From the NCBI RefSeq assembly GCF_964355755.1, contig NC_092671.1, forward strand, positions 34,234,304-34,298,303: a stretch of 64,000 bases of DNA. Direction: 5' to 3'. Under the pieces are notes generated by a model. The model saw nothing but the letters and a program-made list of their open reading frames with translations. It had not been told where the DNA came from and did not search any database. Made by a program: the position numbers and the translations under genes. The DNA is from Antedon mediterranea (lineage: Eukaryota; Animalia; Echinodermata). Shown here in pieces: positions 23,276-37,200 of the stretch. Every line of letters begins with the position of its first letter. Position 1 is the first letter of the stretch.

Positions 23276-26200
23276 ATATCAAGTGTATACATATCAGTAA
23301 AACGTTCATGTCGGCAAGTTATAGGTAAAATAATATGGGCGTTTAGTCTATACGATAGTGAAAGACATTCCGTTTCGAAAAAGCTGTATTTATTTATTCT
23401 TTACATTAAACAGCACTTAGTGCATCTTCACAAATGACGCATGATACTCAAGAAGATGTTACTGAACTGGTTGTAGACATGCTTGAAGAAAAGAGAAGAT
23501 CTGCAGAAAAAAACGTGTTGAAAGAGAGTAAAGATTTACAGGAGACAATTGATGATCTGACTCTGAGCATTTGGGATTTTGCTGGACAAGATCTTTATTA
23601 CATTACTCATCAGGTACTATAGTAATAGACCATTTTAATATGTGTTCTTCACATTATTAGACATAATTTTAGATCTAGTTGACAAGAGATAACCATTCTT
23701 ATTACAATAAAGAACTAAAAAACAAACAATATAAATGTAAAGGTTGATATCTATACTATCGTGTAATAACTTATAATATGTAAACAATAATAAGTATTGT
23801 CTGGTCTGGCAATTTAAACATAACAGAATATAAAAACTAAAGGTCGTCGTATACTATGGCTGATTAGCCTAAAGTCGATAATTGACTCAAATGATCAAAC
23901 GTATTCAACTTTTTTTTTAAATGACACAAATTTATCAAAAAGATATCATTATTTGAAAACCATATGAACGCCACTTGGTGTTCAAGTACTATGCCATCGA
24001 TAACAGTGTCAGGTCACCATTGGATAAGTCTATTTTTGAGCTTAGAGATAACATCACAGAGGTAGCTAAGAATGAACCGTATATGGGCGAGAAGATGCCA
24101 TTGAAGTGGTTACATTTCTTGCATGAAATTGAAAAATTACGTGCACAGAATGAGCACTCAGTTACCTTCAAACAGGCAAGTATACTACCTCTGTATATCA
24201 TATCATTCAAATGAAAGATGCATTAACATGTAGAAGAAGAACAACACATTTGGAATTTTCGATTATAAATGCAAAATGCTTTTTTCATCAAAACAAACAT
24301 TAAATAAAAGAATGGTAAATTCAGCACAAAATATATGTCAATTACAGTATATGTGAGTGGTGTACGTTAAAACAGTTCAATATTACATGTATACCGCATA
24401 CATTAATACAAAATCAAAGTGAGAACAGAGAAAGAAAAGACAACAGTAGGTATACCATTTAGGATTGTTGCCAACAATAAAACAATTTAGCTTTTTTCAG
24501 TTCTTTTAATATAACTATTGTAAAGCTTTTTTGTGTCCAAGTGTGATGATTTTTGTATTTTTTTTTCATTTTTCTACTTATTGTTCATATTTATATATTA
24601 CTAATCAATTTTTTTTATCTTATACTTTTGTACTTATTTCATTCTATTGACCTTTTTTTCAAATGTCAGGTAACCAAACTAGCTTCCAAGTGTCATATCA
24701 CTAAACAGGATCAATTGTTTGCTATGTTGCATTTTCATCATGACCTTGGAAACATTGTTTACTACGGAGAACGAGACACACCAGATTGCGCCCTCAATGA
24801 CATTATCATTATAATACCGCAATGGTTGATTTTCATTTTCAAACTAGTTATCACAGTTAAAGATCCTTCAAAACAAGTATGAAATTTAGTTCAATTTTTT
24901 TTTTTCTGTGTTTCAAGTACAGATATTGGTGTGTTGTTTCAGTGCAACATGCATTTGATCATATGTTTTTAGCGTGGTAGTATTTCATTAGTTAACAATT
25001 AAAAATAACTATTTCAAACTAATTGTCAGCATTTTTTGCAGTTAATAGATATATATTTACAGACCATGCCTATTGATTTTTTAAAAAAATTGTATTTATA
25101 TTTTATCAATATCTTGTTATCTTTATTTTCAATATGGTTCAAAATATTAAATAGGACGACCACTGTTATTTTACCAAGTATTTCCCTCAGAAACTGAGCA
25201 CTTAAGTGTATTTTTTTAGTATGCAGAGCTTAGAAGCTCTTGGAGAAAACTTGACGAAGAGGGTCTCCTGGAAGAGAGATTACTTAGACGTATGTGGGAA
25301 GAATTTCTTGAGATATTCGAAGCATTGTTAGAGCTGATGCAGAAATTTGACTTACTATGTGTCAAGACTCCATCTACTCAGGTAAAGACAGGTTGATAGC
25401 AGTTAGTATCAAATTGATGTTTCCGGTTGTTTCTGTATCAATTTACATAATTGTTTGAAATCGCCCAACCAGTATCTGAGCAATATTGTAAACCTTTCGT
25501 TAGTCTCCTCATAGTTAATTTTAACAAAAATTAATTTCATTATTTGAAATTGTTACAAAAGATAACAAGTGTTGAAGGCAATCGTCTCTTTTATGTGCCA
25601 TCACTGCTGAAGAAGGATGAAGGTGACGAAATGGTATCACTTGATAAACTGACAAAGTCAATGAATACTGCGGTATTTTACGTTGACTTTGATGGTTTCC
25701 TACCTGAAGGACTGTACTATCGACTCGTAGTAAGAATCGTGCATTGGTCACAACAGAGGTCACATGATGAGAGATATGATCCTAGACTCTTTTACCAGCA
25801 GGTGAAAGTATACATTGATCTAAATCATGATGCAATCATCAGGATCCTACCTGAAAGAAGATCTTGTATTCAGGTAGGCTAGGAGTGTTTGCAGCAAGTG
25901 TATTACAAGTATGCCCTTAAAATCCTAAAGGTCAAATTTTCAATACTAAGTCCAAGAATTATCTTTCCATAATCATGACATTTGTTTGATAAAACAACTT
26001 TCATTCTGAGGCACAATTGTTTTGTTAACCAAAAAAAGTTCCCATATAAGTATTAAACATGAAAAATGAAAATTAATAAATCAGACTTTGAATACCTCTT
26101 GTTTTAATCAAGTTAATCACTTCCATAGAAATTTAAAAACACCAGAAAATTAATGTTTCAGTTATAAAAAGATACATTAAACGGTTAAATCAAACCAAAA

Positions 26201-26602
26201 ACCCACTGTCTGGCAGACAATTTGACTATTTGTTGTTTTAAACTACAGTTAAAATAATTTGTTTTAGGGCCAATTTTTTGACAAAATGAAAAAATATTAC
26301 GTGTCATTAAAATGGCTTATTCAACAAAAAAAATTAAACAAAATTTTCAGGGAACAATTTATTATTATTATTATTAGTGTTATTATTATTATTATTTATT
26401 TTTAATTTAAATGTTTAAACAAATCCTGAATATAAAATTGTTATTACAATCAAGTAAATTTGTTTTTATTCTATTACACTGTAGGTGGTTATTTACAGAC
26501 TTAAAGTTGACGATGATAAAGAGCTTGAACCATCACCGCGTGTATGCAAAGAGGTGAGTGATGAATGTTGTATTCCAACTTCTTCAATATGGTGAGAGAG
26601 TA

Positions 26603-27100
26603 TCTATATATAAATTATGGTTAATTCCATAGGCGAGCCCAGTGGAAAAGCTTCGGGACAAATCTCCGCCTTGGATACCCACCTTATCTATCTCAGATGT
26701 ACCGCAAAACGTAGATTTGATAACATTAGTTCACTATTACGATATTGTCCATTTCTATCTTAGGAAGATATTATAAAGAGTTTTATAACAAACTTTATTA
26801 TTTCATCGGTAGATTTTTAACTCTACGCGCGGTAGAAGTCATTTCCTGGTTCACGGTAAGGTGTAAACTTCGGTTTAATACCTTTAGTAGAGCCTCTTTT
26901 TTTGATTTAGGTATCATTAACACATGGAACTCATTACCCTTTCACATTGTTTCAAGCCCAACACTTAACACTTTCAAGCAAAAATATGACACACACATGA
27001 GCAGTATGAGAGGAGGCAGCCTCTACGAGTAAATACAGTTTGACATTATCCCGAAAGAAACTTCCCAGATTACACGCATATTGGTCTTGTGACGCATTAG
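26603..27100 (+). mobile_element. Possible degenerate Helitron carrying a CR1/L2 3' fragment
   Basis: A|TCTATATATAAA start and TTAG|T end. ORF 26745..27032 contains INTWNSLP..IVSSPTLNTFKQKYD, typical of a LINE ORF2 C-terminus. Confidence 0.4.
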
Positions 27101-30100
27101 TGATAAATTAAATGTATCCTGATGTTATGGCTAGGTTATACAAAAAATGCATGCTGTGACAGGCACAGCAGATCTCAAGCCATGTTTAAGTACATAAATA
27201 GAATCGAGTAAAATGAATTAAGTAGTGACCAAAAATGTGTTACTGATTATAGATGATACAGCTTCTCAAGAAAAACTTAAAGGACATTTGCCAAAAATGG
27301 ATAAAACATGTTGCTTTTAACTTCTGTGTTCTATCCACCAATCGTTTGGAGAAGGTCCTCTTGCACAACCTTGATGACTGCCTAAAGTCAACTGGATGTC
27401 GACATCATGATCGAATGGATAATTCCAAAATTAGGCGTTTGTTTGGAGAGGAAATTTCAGGTACTGCTTAAAATCACTCTTAAAACAAAAATATTTTAAA
27501 ATACCTGTAGGGCAAAACGCCATCCGGAAAATATCCATGACTTTCTATTACATGTCGAGGCTAAATACAGAATTAAACGTCCAAGTTAAAGTATAGTATC
27601 TTTTTTTTTAAACGTTTAAGCAGCAATCTTTTAAACTTTTTACCTTTAAATCAATTATGATGGGGCTGCAGTCATAAATTATGTCAAGGGTTAAAACAAT
27701 CTCATAAATAGAATAAAAAGCTTGGTTTTATAACAGGAAACATTTCTTTTAGTCTGCCAAGCCACTGATGCTCAAGAAACCTCAAAAGTTCCAGGATTTC
27801 TGCGATATCTCATTGGCGTCTATAAAGACATCCCGTCACCATTCCTGCCATTTGAAATCATGACAGAGGTTTGTGTTCTCCTTGATCCTCCACACCCACG
27901 GGCTAATGACTGGCGTAGTGTAGCATGTAAGGTTGGCTATGATCATTATATCAACTACTTGATGGACATGATGAAAAGTCCTACTATGGCTGTAATGCAT
28001 GGATGTTATGAGAAAGGTTGGTCATTGGAAGACTTCGAAAAGTGTATGATTGACATACAACGTCATGATGTTGCAAGTTTGATCAATGAATATCTTTCTA
28101 CTAAAGAGGAATGAACATGCATAACAAACCAGAATGCTCTTTATCGATATGATTTTTCAGACTAATTTTATATTTTAGAACAATTACAGTATTGGTAAGA
28201 AGTCAGACATAATGACATGAAGAAGATATTAATAAGATAACTAAAAATAATAACAAATAGCAACAACCTAAAAACATGTTATCATTTGCATGATCATGTG
28301 ATATATTTTCATTGAATTTGTTTAGACTTTTGGGGACCATATGCAAATGGGGAACCAGTTGTTTTTTTCATTATTGTTTTTATTTTCTACACTATGTGGT
28401 TAGCTGTGTTGGTTTAGTTTAAAATGATATTATAATTATGTCATTTTCAATTGTATTCTTTTTTAAATATGCATTTGAAAGGTGAAATTGGTATAAACTT
28501 GTAACAGTAATTACTTTATCGGTAAGTTGTTCCACATTATTTTATATGTGACATAACATAACCATTTATTATGTTGAGGTTTTTGTGTTTTGTAATAAAT
28601 AGGAATTTATTCCATGACATACTGTACGTACGTACTGTTTATTTTTTGGACTATTAAATTATTTGCACTTATCTCCTAAACTTCACATGGTTTTTTTGCA
28701 CCTCAGAATTTATTTTTTCTGTGTATATTGTGTAGCAAGATGCAAGAGAATTTACATATTATTTTATCATATTTCTAGTACTAATCACAAGTTTAATTAA
28801 ATAGTATAGTAGTATAATAATCAATGTATCCTTAAAACTCTTTGCAAAGTGTATTTATTTACATTTGAACAATGCATATTATAGTATTTCTTCATCTGCA
28901 ATGATGCCACATATTTGGTGGTTTTTTTTTGTATGAATGTTTGTAGTTAAGTTGCACTAAATTTAGTCTTTCATTTACGTATTTATCGTTTTTAAAAAAT
29001 CCATTAATGTATGATATAATTGGTAGAAAAATATTACCCTTGAAACTGATGTAATGTTGTTGTTGAGAGTCTGACGGATTCGAGTCTGACCTGCTTCCCG
29101 TTTTAAGATATTAATGACACCAACATCCAGAAGTTAACAAGTTTCCTTTGATTTCTTGATATTAACCATTTTATCATCAATTATTAACATAACATTAACA
29201 TAAGTTTTCTACTAATCCAGTATGTCTAGTATCCAGTAAGTATTCATTCAATAGGCATTCACCATTTTTTAAGTTGGATCTTTTTTTTCTCTTCATTCTT
29301 TATAATATTCTATATAGGCCTAACAGTTTTTATTTTTTATTATAACATAAATGTTTAATATATCCTTAATGTTATGCTTGAATTCAGTTTACAAAGTACT
29401 ATCCAATGGTGTAGGCTAATGAGATAGGGGCACTAGTTTAAAAAAAGATTGAATAATATATGAGGGGGTATGTGGAAATAATATATGTATTGGTCACAAA
29501 GAATATAAGATAATAAATAGAATTGAAGAAGTAGTACCTGATTGAAACTTGTAATAAACAAATAATGAAAGTTATTGTTTTTTTTATTATTATTATTTGT
29601 TGTCGTATCTACCTCGTCCCTATCACACTATGTTCTCATACCGACAAGGAACCCTTATTAATAAGTCGTCAGTAAAATTGTGTAGGTCTAGTTTTGTTAT
29701 TTTATTGACATGATTTTAAAAAGTCTTTAATTTTTCACTTTTTGTCAAGTGGATTGCCTGATAACAAATCTGATAAAACACAATGACACAAGAGTCTTTT
29801 TGAAAAATAAATATTTGAGTGTATGGCGTGGGCAGATACTAAAAAACATTCATATTCAATGATAAAAGGAATAAGAAAATTGTTTTTACAGAGAACTATC
29901 ACTTGAATATAATGGGTTTCACGGTCTGTAGCTAACGCAGTATACGCCCATTTGTTTTATTATCAAACATCTATTGACAATTTCTTGTTAAAAATGTGTA
30001 AATCTCCTTGTAATAATAGTCTATAATTATACTAATTCATCGATCTAAGCTCCTAAAAGCACCCTTGTTGGCATACCATACCGGTACTGAAATGTATAAA

Positions 30101-30612
30101 TGGACTCATTCATATTGATGAATTATAAACATTTTCCTAAAATATAAGTTTGAAAAAAGAGATTCGTGATTTTAATATTTAATAAAGTCATTAATATAAA
30201 ACCCCTATGCATGGACTGTACCATTTTTCGGAACATATTTTTATAACATACTCTACCAAGTTTAACCTAAAAATCTGTAAAACAGATATTGTCCCACATT
30301 TGTATATGTCCAGCTGTCCCAGCCCGTCCCAGCACTTAACTGCACTGCTTTTATAAAAATATATATATAAAAGAACTAAACTGACTCTACGTGAATCTTA
30401 GTATAGTATCTTCAGCTTAAGCTTGCATCATTTAATATACCATTTTTCTGTCCAAAAAAATCTTTACGTTGTGGTGCGATGTTGCGTGTGTTTTAAAGAG
30501 AATTCCCAGGCTTGATCAGTATTGTTTAGTGTACATTTGCCACCTGCGTTATATCTAAATTAAGCCCACTTTTCTCCCTAATATACATTATAAATAGACT
30601 GATATTACGGGA

Positions 30613-30616
<4 letters not shown>

Positions 30617-30648
<32 letters not shown>
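30617..30648. repeat. (TA)n microsatellite
   Basis: Direct reading. Confidence 0.95.
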
Positions 30649-30652
<4 letters not shown>

Positions 30653-30667
30653 CATACTTTATAATAT

Positions 30668-30681
30668 TTCCGGGAAGTCCC
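30668..30681 (+). promoter_or_regulatory. Overlapping STAT (GAS) and NF-kB consensus sites upstream of paralog 2
   Basis: TTCCGGGAA (TTCN3GAA) overlaps GGGAAGTCCC (GGGRNNYYCC). A second kB-like site, GAGAATTCCC, lies near 30498, and a candidate 5' UTR donor GTAAGT at 30949. Confidence 0.4.
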
Positions 30682-31587
30682 CCACACCGATTTCGAAACC
30701 AATAGAGTATTTCTGACTGACAATGGTCTGAATAAAATAAAGAAAGATAGTTCTGTCACCTTGTCAATACATATCAACCATGAAACCATTGATAACTATC
30801 TGTATTATGGTCTGTGGGCTCATAAAATGCTGCTGCTATTCATTGGTTTTGCTTGGTGTACGTTATTCATCAAGCTTAGAAAGATATATATATTGCTTGA
30901 TTTCAGTTTAAATATTTTATGGCGTTTTCCTTATAAATAAAATAACCGGTAAGTAGATTTGAAATTTTTTAATTTACATTTGTAATTATGATCATCATAG
31001 TTTAGAACGTCTCTAAAGACGATTATTTTGCTTTAATGTACTTTTCAAAATTGTAGACAAAAATTGATACACGATTGAAGTTGACTTTAAGATATTTTAA
31101 TTTATATACCCATGATATAACAAAATAATTGTTTGGTAAACTTACTTCATCGATAACCATTAGGAGACTACATAGAAATAATTAATTTATAAGTTTTTAT
31201 ATTGTTTTTATTTTAAACGACGACGACGACTTTTTTTTTTTTTTTTTTTAATTTTTTAGATGTATATTTTTCTATATTGATGTTTTTTATACTATGTTTA
31301 TGTTAAAATGGCAAATACCTTGAAATGAAAAAAAGAAACAGCCAAGACATATATGGTGGTATCATAATTATCTGAAAAATATGCTTTCTCTCTATAATGT
31401 TACCAGATAGTAAAACACATATAGGCTAGTTAGTCTGCCTACAAGTTTCTAATTCAGAAACAAAATTTTAAATTCTAAAGGTTGAACATTTTAAAAGAAG
31501 ATAGATGATTTTCTCCTGTGGAAATAAAGTACCAACAAATACATTTTCAATTAAGTAGGCATATTAAATGGAAGTACTGTACTTGTA

Positions 31588-34071
31588 ATGGCATTTAATT
31601 TTGAAACCGAGGCAGAAGGCAGCAGGAAGAAAGAAAAGAAGAAAAAACGGTAATTATGTGTTAATTATGTTTGCCTCACTATAAAAATAGTAGTACGCCT
31701 AAATATAAAGTATGAACAATTAAATGATAAATATGGTGGTCTAGATGTCAATATTATTAGTAAGACAATTAAATAATTGATGCTGTATCATTATACAAAT
31801 AACCTTAATATTGTATTTAACATGTATTAATCATTGTATATAAAAATATTTTAAACAATTCAATATTGGTCAATTACTGGAAATTTGACTTCTTTTGCCA
31901 ATACATATTTATACACATTAACATTAACCTACTTAACGATCCATCATTGCAGTCACGAGTGTTGAGTTATTGTTACTAAACTAAAATCTGGTAAAAAACT
32001 GATGTCGGTATAAAAGATAGTGATAGTACATTTACCCTGCTAAACACCTTGACAAATATAATTGTATTGATCATATGTACGGTATACTGTCTATAATACG
32101 CTTGGCCACTTTTTACAACCAGTTTATATTTCCCTTTTTTCATTTTGATTCATTACCATAACAACATAATAAGTTTATATTTAATAGTATGTTGAATTAT
32201 CTATTACCGGAGTTTCTACATTGTATTTAAAAACCAGTGATGATTGGACTCATTCTCAAAGTGCCCCAATACTAGGCTACAGTGAGCATCGAATTCCATT
32301 TTCTTGCTTACATATTGTAGTCTGTGAAACTGTTAAAGCCATACCTGCTGAAAACTTATTATTAATAGTATATAGTATTATTTTTTTAATATTTAGACAA
32401 CACGTTCATTCAGCATAATGTTCCTCCTCTCTGATATAACCTAAAGTAGTTCAATACTTTATTTTTACAGAGTTTCTACCTCAATCCCAGAATTGGAGTA
32501 AGTATGCTGTAACTATACTTAATGCCTTTATATCAAAGTAAAACTTACGTTTATACCATGTAGGATCATGAACGATTAATCTTTTGTTGGAAATTTCAAA
32601 CTGAATGGTTCTTTGACAGAAATAAACTGATAAGCAGTTAATTTTATCACATTTATTTTCACACCAGTAATAGTTATTACTTTAAAAAATACTAAATGCA
32701 AGCATTTCATTGTTTTGACATTGTTAAATTTTTAGTATAATATAAGAAACGTTTCTATCGTTATTAAAAGGTACGAAATACAATAATAAAAAATACATAG
32801 AACACATGTTATAGAATACAAGAAAAAATAAAGTAATAATATGATGAGTAAAAATTATTGTGAATATAATTATAATGAAATGTAAACAATTCAGAATTAT
32901 TTATACATTATATCTATGTAAACATTACTGATGAAAGTTAAATCTTTTTTACAGAGAATGGAGAAGCCAAGAACTAGAGTAAATATCAACTTAGAATATT
33001 TTAATACTTTACTTTCAAAGTGTGAAATTTACTCATTATATGTCAGTACAAAAATCATATTCTAATCTAGATTGCTATGAAACAATTAGCATAACAACGT
33101 CAAGTGGCATTCACGAACTTTTTACACTATTTAGTGCTTAAGCAAATTTAAACATTATTGTCTAAAAGAAGAAATGTTGTTTGCCAAATTATAACACGTT
33201 GACGACTTTTAAATCGCGAACAAAGTTTCAAATCGAAAAAAAATCAGTTTAAATAAAAATAATAAGCTACTGTACTAAACAATATAGGATGAAAAATAAC
33301 AAAATACTGTATTCGATAGTCCGATTGTATCTAAATAATAGAATATCAGACATTAATTATGTACACATACTAATGAACCTTTTAAATTATCTTTACAGAA
33401 AAGAGGGAAAATTTAAAAAGTAAGTATATTTTTTACTGTTTACAATAATTAGTGTGAAATTTATAAGTACCTTCAAAGGTGGCTTACTGTAAATCGTATA
33501 AAAATATAAAATGGAAATGCCTTTTATATGCACGGCATTAAAATATTCCTAAACCTCCTAATGCATAAGAATATATTTTTTTTTTATTAAAAAGCTGCTA
33601 CAGCTGTGTAAATAATAAAAACACCTTATAATATAACTTACGACAGTCAAACAATACAGAACTAATTATTAGACATTAATTACTAACCTACTAATAATGA
33701 AACTTCATTTTTATAGACTACAAAGAAAAATCTCTGAGAGGTAAGTAAAACTTAAACTATGTCACTCTAAAGTAGGACTGTAGTATAATGAAATATAACT
33801 TCATGAATAAACGTGCATAATGACAAACTCAACAAAATAAAATTGCATTTAAATACTATCTAAATCTTGGGAATTGGTATTGAATGTATGTCCCACAAGG
33901 CGAAACGCAAGCGTGTTAACCAATGAAAAGCGTCAGTTTGATTATTCAATCGCTCGTAAATGGTCAAATTACTTACGTTGCACTTACGTCCTTGTATTGC
34001 TCCCTAGTGTTATTGTGTAATTAAACATACTAATAGATCATAATAATTTGTTTTAGGGAACAGAGAAGAGG
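31588..34071 (+). CDS. First coding exon (31588-31649) and five microexons (32471-32497, 32955-32978, 33399-33419, 33717-33740, 34057-34071) of ROCO paralog 2
   Basis: Microexon lengths are 27,24,21,24,15, all phase 2. The spliced product MAFNFETEAEGSRKKEKKKKRVSTSIPELEEWRSQELEKEGKFKKLQRKISEREQRRG runs in frame into the DED exon at 34251. Confidence 0.75.
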
Positions 34072-34250
34072 GTAAGTAACACACTAATTATCTAATAATA
34101 TTAGTTTAAAATATTATTTAAAACATGTGAAATTTAATGTTAAATAGTTTTAGTACAGTAGTATAATAGTGAATTATACTTTATGGTTGAACTTGTAAAT
34201 TAAAAATATAACAAAATAATCATTAAATTTAAACTGTTTTCTATGAGCAG

Positions 34251-37200
34251 GGATGAGTTTTGGTCGGTGATTGATAACATTTCAAGTGAAATTGCAGTTT
34301 ATGATCTATAGATGCTGAAGGTCGCCCTCTATGACATAATAAAAAACAAAGATGAATTAGATGCAGCATCAGCTAATGCTTTGTTCAGACTATTACATTC
34401 AGAAGGTTACATTGAAATTGGTTATGTTGTTAACTGTGATCTATTATTTGAAGTATTTGATGTAACAGGACTTCAAATACTACTTAAAATGCTCTCCAAG
34501 AAATATCACAGACGGAATCAGGCAAACAAAATCACAGGCTACAGACGGATGCTAGTTAAACTCGACAGATCATTGAATAGTCAACAGGTGGACATTCTTG
34601 CAAAACTCTTCAAGATTGAAAGGAATCCGAACAATTCTTGGAATTTAATTAAGAGATTGACTCAAGGAAATATTGAAAACACTATAGCATCATTGAAGAA
34701 TGTTGAAACACTTGTGAAGGACAAACAAGAATTGAATCATGTACTTACTATAGTAAGATCATTTGGTATGTATTGCTTCTTTTGTTTCTAAGGACTGTTT
34801 TGGTTGATATACCATTATGTTATATGTAACAAATAACTTAACATTTTATTGAATTTTTGATGATAAAAAAATAGCTCTGTAATCTATAGCAATATTGTTA
34901 TTGTTTACTTTTTTCAGTGCAATTGAAGAAACTGAATGATGGTAAGTATGAAAGTTTAAGAAAAGGATGATAACTTGAACAAAAAAGTGTATTTTATTTC
35001 TGCACAATCCCTGTTTCAAAATTAGTTTTTCATTGACTCCTTTAATATACTTTCTGATAAATATAATACTTAATTCTGTGTATTTGCATTATTTTTTATC
35101 AAAATATTAGTTCCCCTTGAGGTTTTGGCAAGAGGTAAAGAGGCTAATGATGCATTTCTTAATGCCATACAAGAAGGCAGCAAACCTATATACCAAACAC
35201 GTCTAATCTAAAAGATTGGTGTTTCAATCATATGTACTGCTTTTCTTTTGATAGGGAATGTAGGTAGAGAATTGAACGAAAGACCTGATGTGGAAAATTT
35301 TCCAATAAAGGTAAAAAATAAAGACAAACTTCAGGTTTGAAGACAATTTTAATAAAGATGTTGGAAAACATTAATTATTATTGTTATTGTTGTTAATGTT
35401 TTTGTTGTTTATAATGTTATTCTTATGGTTGAATATGATGTTGATGATGTGGATGTTGTTGTTTTCCCTCTTCCTTTGTTGATCCCACTGAAACTATATA
35501 ACAAGTAATAATTATACTGTATCATACTGTTTCATACTGTATTTGATAGACAAATCTACTGTAGTTTTATATAATTTGTTCTATTTGCCTGTTTGCAAAC
35601 TTTACTTTGATTTAAATATAGAAATTTGGAAGGAAGAAACGGGAATATGAAGAGGAATTTGGTAAGAAAATTCGAATTGAAGGGACAGCAGAAATTCAAC
35701 CAAAAGCATGTTTGTTCTTCCATTGTTCTTCCTATCTAGTCAGTGTATTTGAAACCATTTTTGTGAACACAATGATGTAAAAACATTATTTTAAACATTC
35801 ATTTCAGATTGTTTTAAATATTTTTTTAACATTGACTTCGAACCGCTGAAAAAATCCTAAAAATTGAAATATAAAATATCCTTAGTAAAACAAAATATTT
35901 TTGTAATGAAATTGAAAAAGCCTAAACATCTACTAATTGTAAACTTCACAATTCACTAATGAATGAAAGATAAATTAAAAAGACGCTCAAAGTAAACAAG
36001 TACTGTAATACGACTAAAAATGGTGTATTTATGAATTTTCAAATTATTCTTTTCTTTTACTTTATTTAGCCTCATTTACACAATTACGTTACATTACTAA
36101 AAATGCAATCCACTCAAAAGAAAGAATTCAGCAATACATTAATTCAAATAGATAATTTTGTACCTTTATGTGGTAAAATCTTTCGTAATAAGACACTGTA
36201 AGCAAACAATTCACTTACGGGAACAGTAGGCCTACCAGTAATAAAATATTTGTGATAATAATATAAGCTATGTTTGTTGGGCATTATCATAGGCCTAACA
36301 TCGGATATTCAAGATGAAGTATTTGAACTTGTTGAACACATTCTAGGAGAAAAGAAAAAAGATGGAGAGACGGATGTGTTGATAGAGAGTGAAGAGTTAC
36401 AAGAGGCAATTGATGATCTGACTCTCAGCATTTGGGATTTTGCTGGACAAGATCTGTATTACATTACACGTCAGGTAGAATATAAATATCATTATAAGGT
36501 CACAACCCACAAAAGATTTCTTTAAATTTACCGCTTAAATGGGTCACACAATATCGTCAACTTGATGAGCTAACATCTAAGAGTAGTTACATTTTGAAGG
36601 GGAAGAATAAGGCCAAGGTTACAATCCACAAAACTCAAATTATTTAAAAGAAACACTTTCCTCCGCAACATTGAACCTGTTTCCACTCATGGAATGGACT
36701 AGACTCATTAAACCAAACTTATCATCGAGTTTTCACTATCTTCAATATTAAATAGTCACTCTCAGTTTTTGAAGACATCATTTATTTCTTTGGTTTGTCG
36801 ACAGATGTTTCTGGTATCTCGTGCTATTTACATCATATGTTTCAATCTCTGCCATGACCTCAATGCACCATCAAGAGTAAAAGTTTTTCATAGAGATTAT
36901 GGAAAGGTAACCTACAGATATTTAAAAATATTATGGTTTGATATGTATTCACATGCACTAAGGAAGGATAAGTATTATCCGAAATCTTTTAGCTTATTTT
37001 ATTTGTATCTCTATTGAGATCCAGTTACTGATAACCACAATATTGTCATTTTTTTTTGACAAAAAGCTAAAAATCAAACATTAAAAACACATTTTTAGTT
37101 TTATTTTTTAATTATTTTTGGATTGGCCTAAACCAATACACTTTCAATATTATATGTTCTCTGTTAAATAACGTATGTTTGGTATGATTATCTTTGTAAT

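Larger units (their letters stand above)
15031..28114 (+). pseudogene. ROCO paralog 1 body: tandem DED - ROC - COR - Death domain; probably defective
   Basis: Exons: 15031-15560 (two DED-like repeats), 15824-15847, 16151-16307 (P-loop GQERVGKTS), 18430-18530, 19435-19526, 19642-19747, from 20212, 21502-21547, 23414-23613 (WDFAGQ), about 23957-24175, 24670-24876 (LHFHHDLG, PQWL), 25220-25381, 25562-25873, 26485-26553, 27253-27460, 27753-28114 (LDPP..NDWR..SPT..RHDV Death domain). It lacks the two post-G3 ROC exons seen in paralog 2, and has a TAA in the 20212 exon unless an earlier GTAAGA donor is used. Confidence 0.8.

Noticed and set aside
15031-28114. Calling the gene DAPK1, LRRK or MFHAS1
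   Set aside because: No kinase, ankyrin or LRR exons; only the ROC-COR(-DD) module is shared.
32736-32770. Possible 35-nt exon in the paralog 2 array
   Set aside because: Not a multiple of 3, stop in phase 2, and no cassette flanks.
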